Below are positions 62,945 to 64,000 of a stretch of DNA of 64,000 nucleotides, piece by piece. Origin of the DNA: Chiloscyllium plagiosum (lineage: Eukaryota); NCBI RefSeq assembly GCF_004010195.1, contig NC_057719.1, forward strand, positions 57,268,246 through 57,332,245. Direction: 5' to 3'. Position numbers and translations under genes: made by a program. Within the stretch, counting starts at the first letter, position 1. Each line of letters starts with the position of its first letter. The notes beneath the pieces are model-generated. The model was not told the origin of the DNA, did not search any database, and saw only the letters and a program-made list of their open reading frames with translations.

Positions 62945-63440
62945 CTGAAAAACTGAGTTTAGAAATGAGGTCCTTCCTACAACAGATCTTTACTGCCAAC
63001 TTGATATAATACACATTGTGGTTTGGGCAATTCTTCATCTTCTCCTTAAGGATCAGATGACCACATTCCTCAAGGCATGCGTACAATGAGTGCCATCCAT
63101 TGCATTCAGTGGGAAGTCAAGCCAGGGATGTTGTTGGGTCGGCAAAGGGATTTTTAAAATATATTGTATGCATCATACAATTCTATTGATAATGAGTTGA
63201 CATCTTTCATATTAACTGCTGTTTCGCAGAATGGCTGGTGCAATAAAGCACATTTCTTACTAGACTTTTCAAGTTTTCATGAATAGGAATGCGGTGTTGC
63301 TTATGACATTTGCCATCTCCAACAGCAGCCACTTAGGTGGAGTCAATGGAAGTTTCCCTGTGTCCACAGTACAGCTTTAGCTGAACGTCAATCTTTATCT
63401 GGCAGCTGCAAGATCATGAGGTAAAGCCTCTTGAGAGGTT
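62945..63440 (-). pseudogene. Possible decayed Harbinger transposase fragment
   Basis: Reverse complement FPLNAMDGTH (compare GAIDGTH) and VLWTQGNFH (compare ALxYLATGNFQ). Confidence 0.4.
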
Positions 63441-64000
63441 TCCCTCATTAACAGGCATCAGGGAGGGAGTGTAGTGAAAGTAAGCCCCAGTTCACATCCT
63501 TGCGTTTCATCCCCTTCACCCACCTTTCCAGCGACTCCCACTTTTTAACCCCATCCAATTCATCTATCTGCAGCAGAATAGATGTGGGTTTAAATTGTTC
63601 TGGTTCTACTCCCTCAGGATGTTCCCATGTATTTCCAGACTAGGCTGATGATAACCTACACCTGAAATAAGATTTACCTCCTAAGACAGGGGTGATTCCT
63701 CTGTAAATGGTGAGAGAACCAATGGGAGAACTGATGTAATTTAAGTGCACTCAGGCATTTAACACGTCAATGCTGAGTTTAGTGCTAATTAGAACCCGGG
63801 GGTACAAATCCCAAAAAGTAATTTCCGAGTCTGAAGAGTTTAGGAGTATTGTCGATTGCTAGTCATACTCCAAGGTCCAGCCTGAAAGTTGCCACTGGAT
63901 CTCTGGATATAGGTGAATGTGATTGGAAAAGGATGCCAATCACTGAAGAGGTGGATGAGGGTTTAGAGGCAAGGATGGGAACTAGTGTTTCTTTCAGAGT

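Noticed and set aside
1..64000. CRISPR array, operon or other prokaryotic/viral system
   Set aside because: No regularly spaced repeat-spacer array or gene-dense region; the content is vertebrate repeats and probable introns.

Overview
Eukaryotic, repeat-dense genomic DNA, inferred to be from a shark or other elasmobranch because it carries HE1-type V-SINEs with (AATCT)n tails, HER1/CR1 LINEs and shark-type Penelope-like elements. Most ORF-track entries are retroelement remnants or chance ORFs. Recognisable elements include CR1 LINEs, a second CR1/L2-group LINE family with a tRNA-like head and a matching SINE, Penelope-like elements with hammerhead motifs, Deu-domain SINEs, hAT and pogo-like DNA transposons/MITEs, PIF/Harbinger remnants and a solo LTR. 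In the repeat-poor islands I find four phase-compatible + strand exons (18040-18099, 36102/36105-36151, 37849-37930, 49644-49870) and a candidate alternative last exon (37122-37178) of a host gene I cannot name, so most of 18-50 kb is probably intronic. There are also three local duplications: a SINE-filled/empty pair, a 203-bp inverted copy and a ~355-bp direct copy. Boundaries of decayed repeats are approximate, family assignments are from memory of the families, and no database searches were run.
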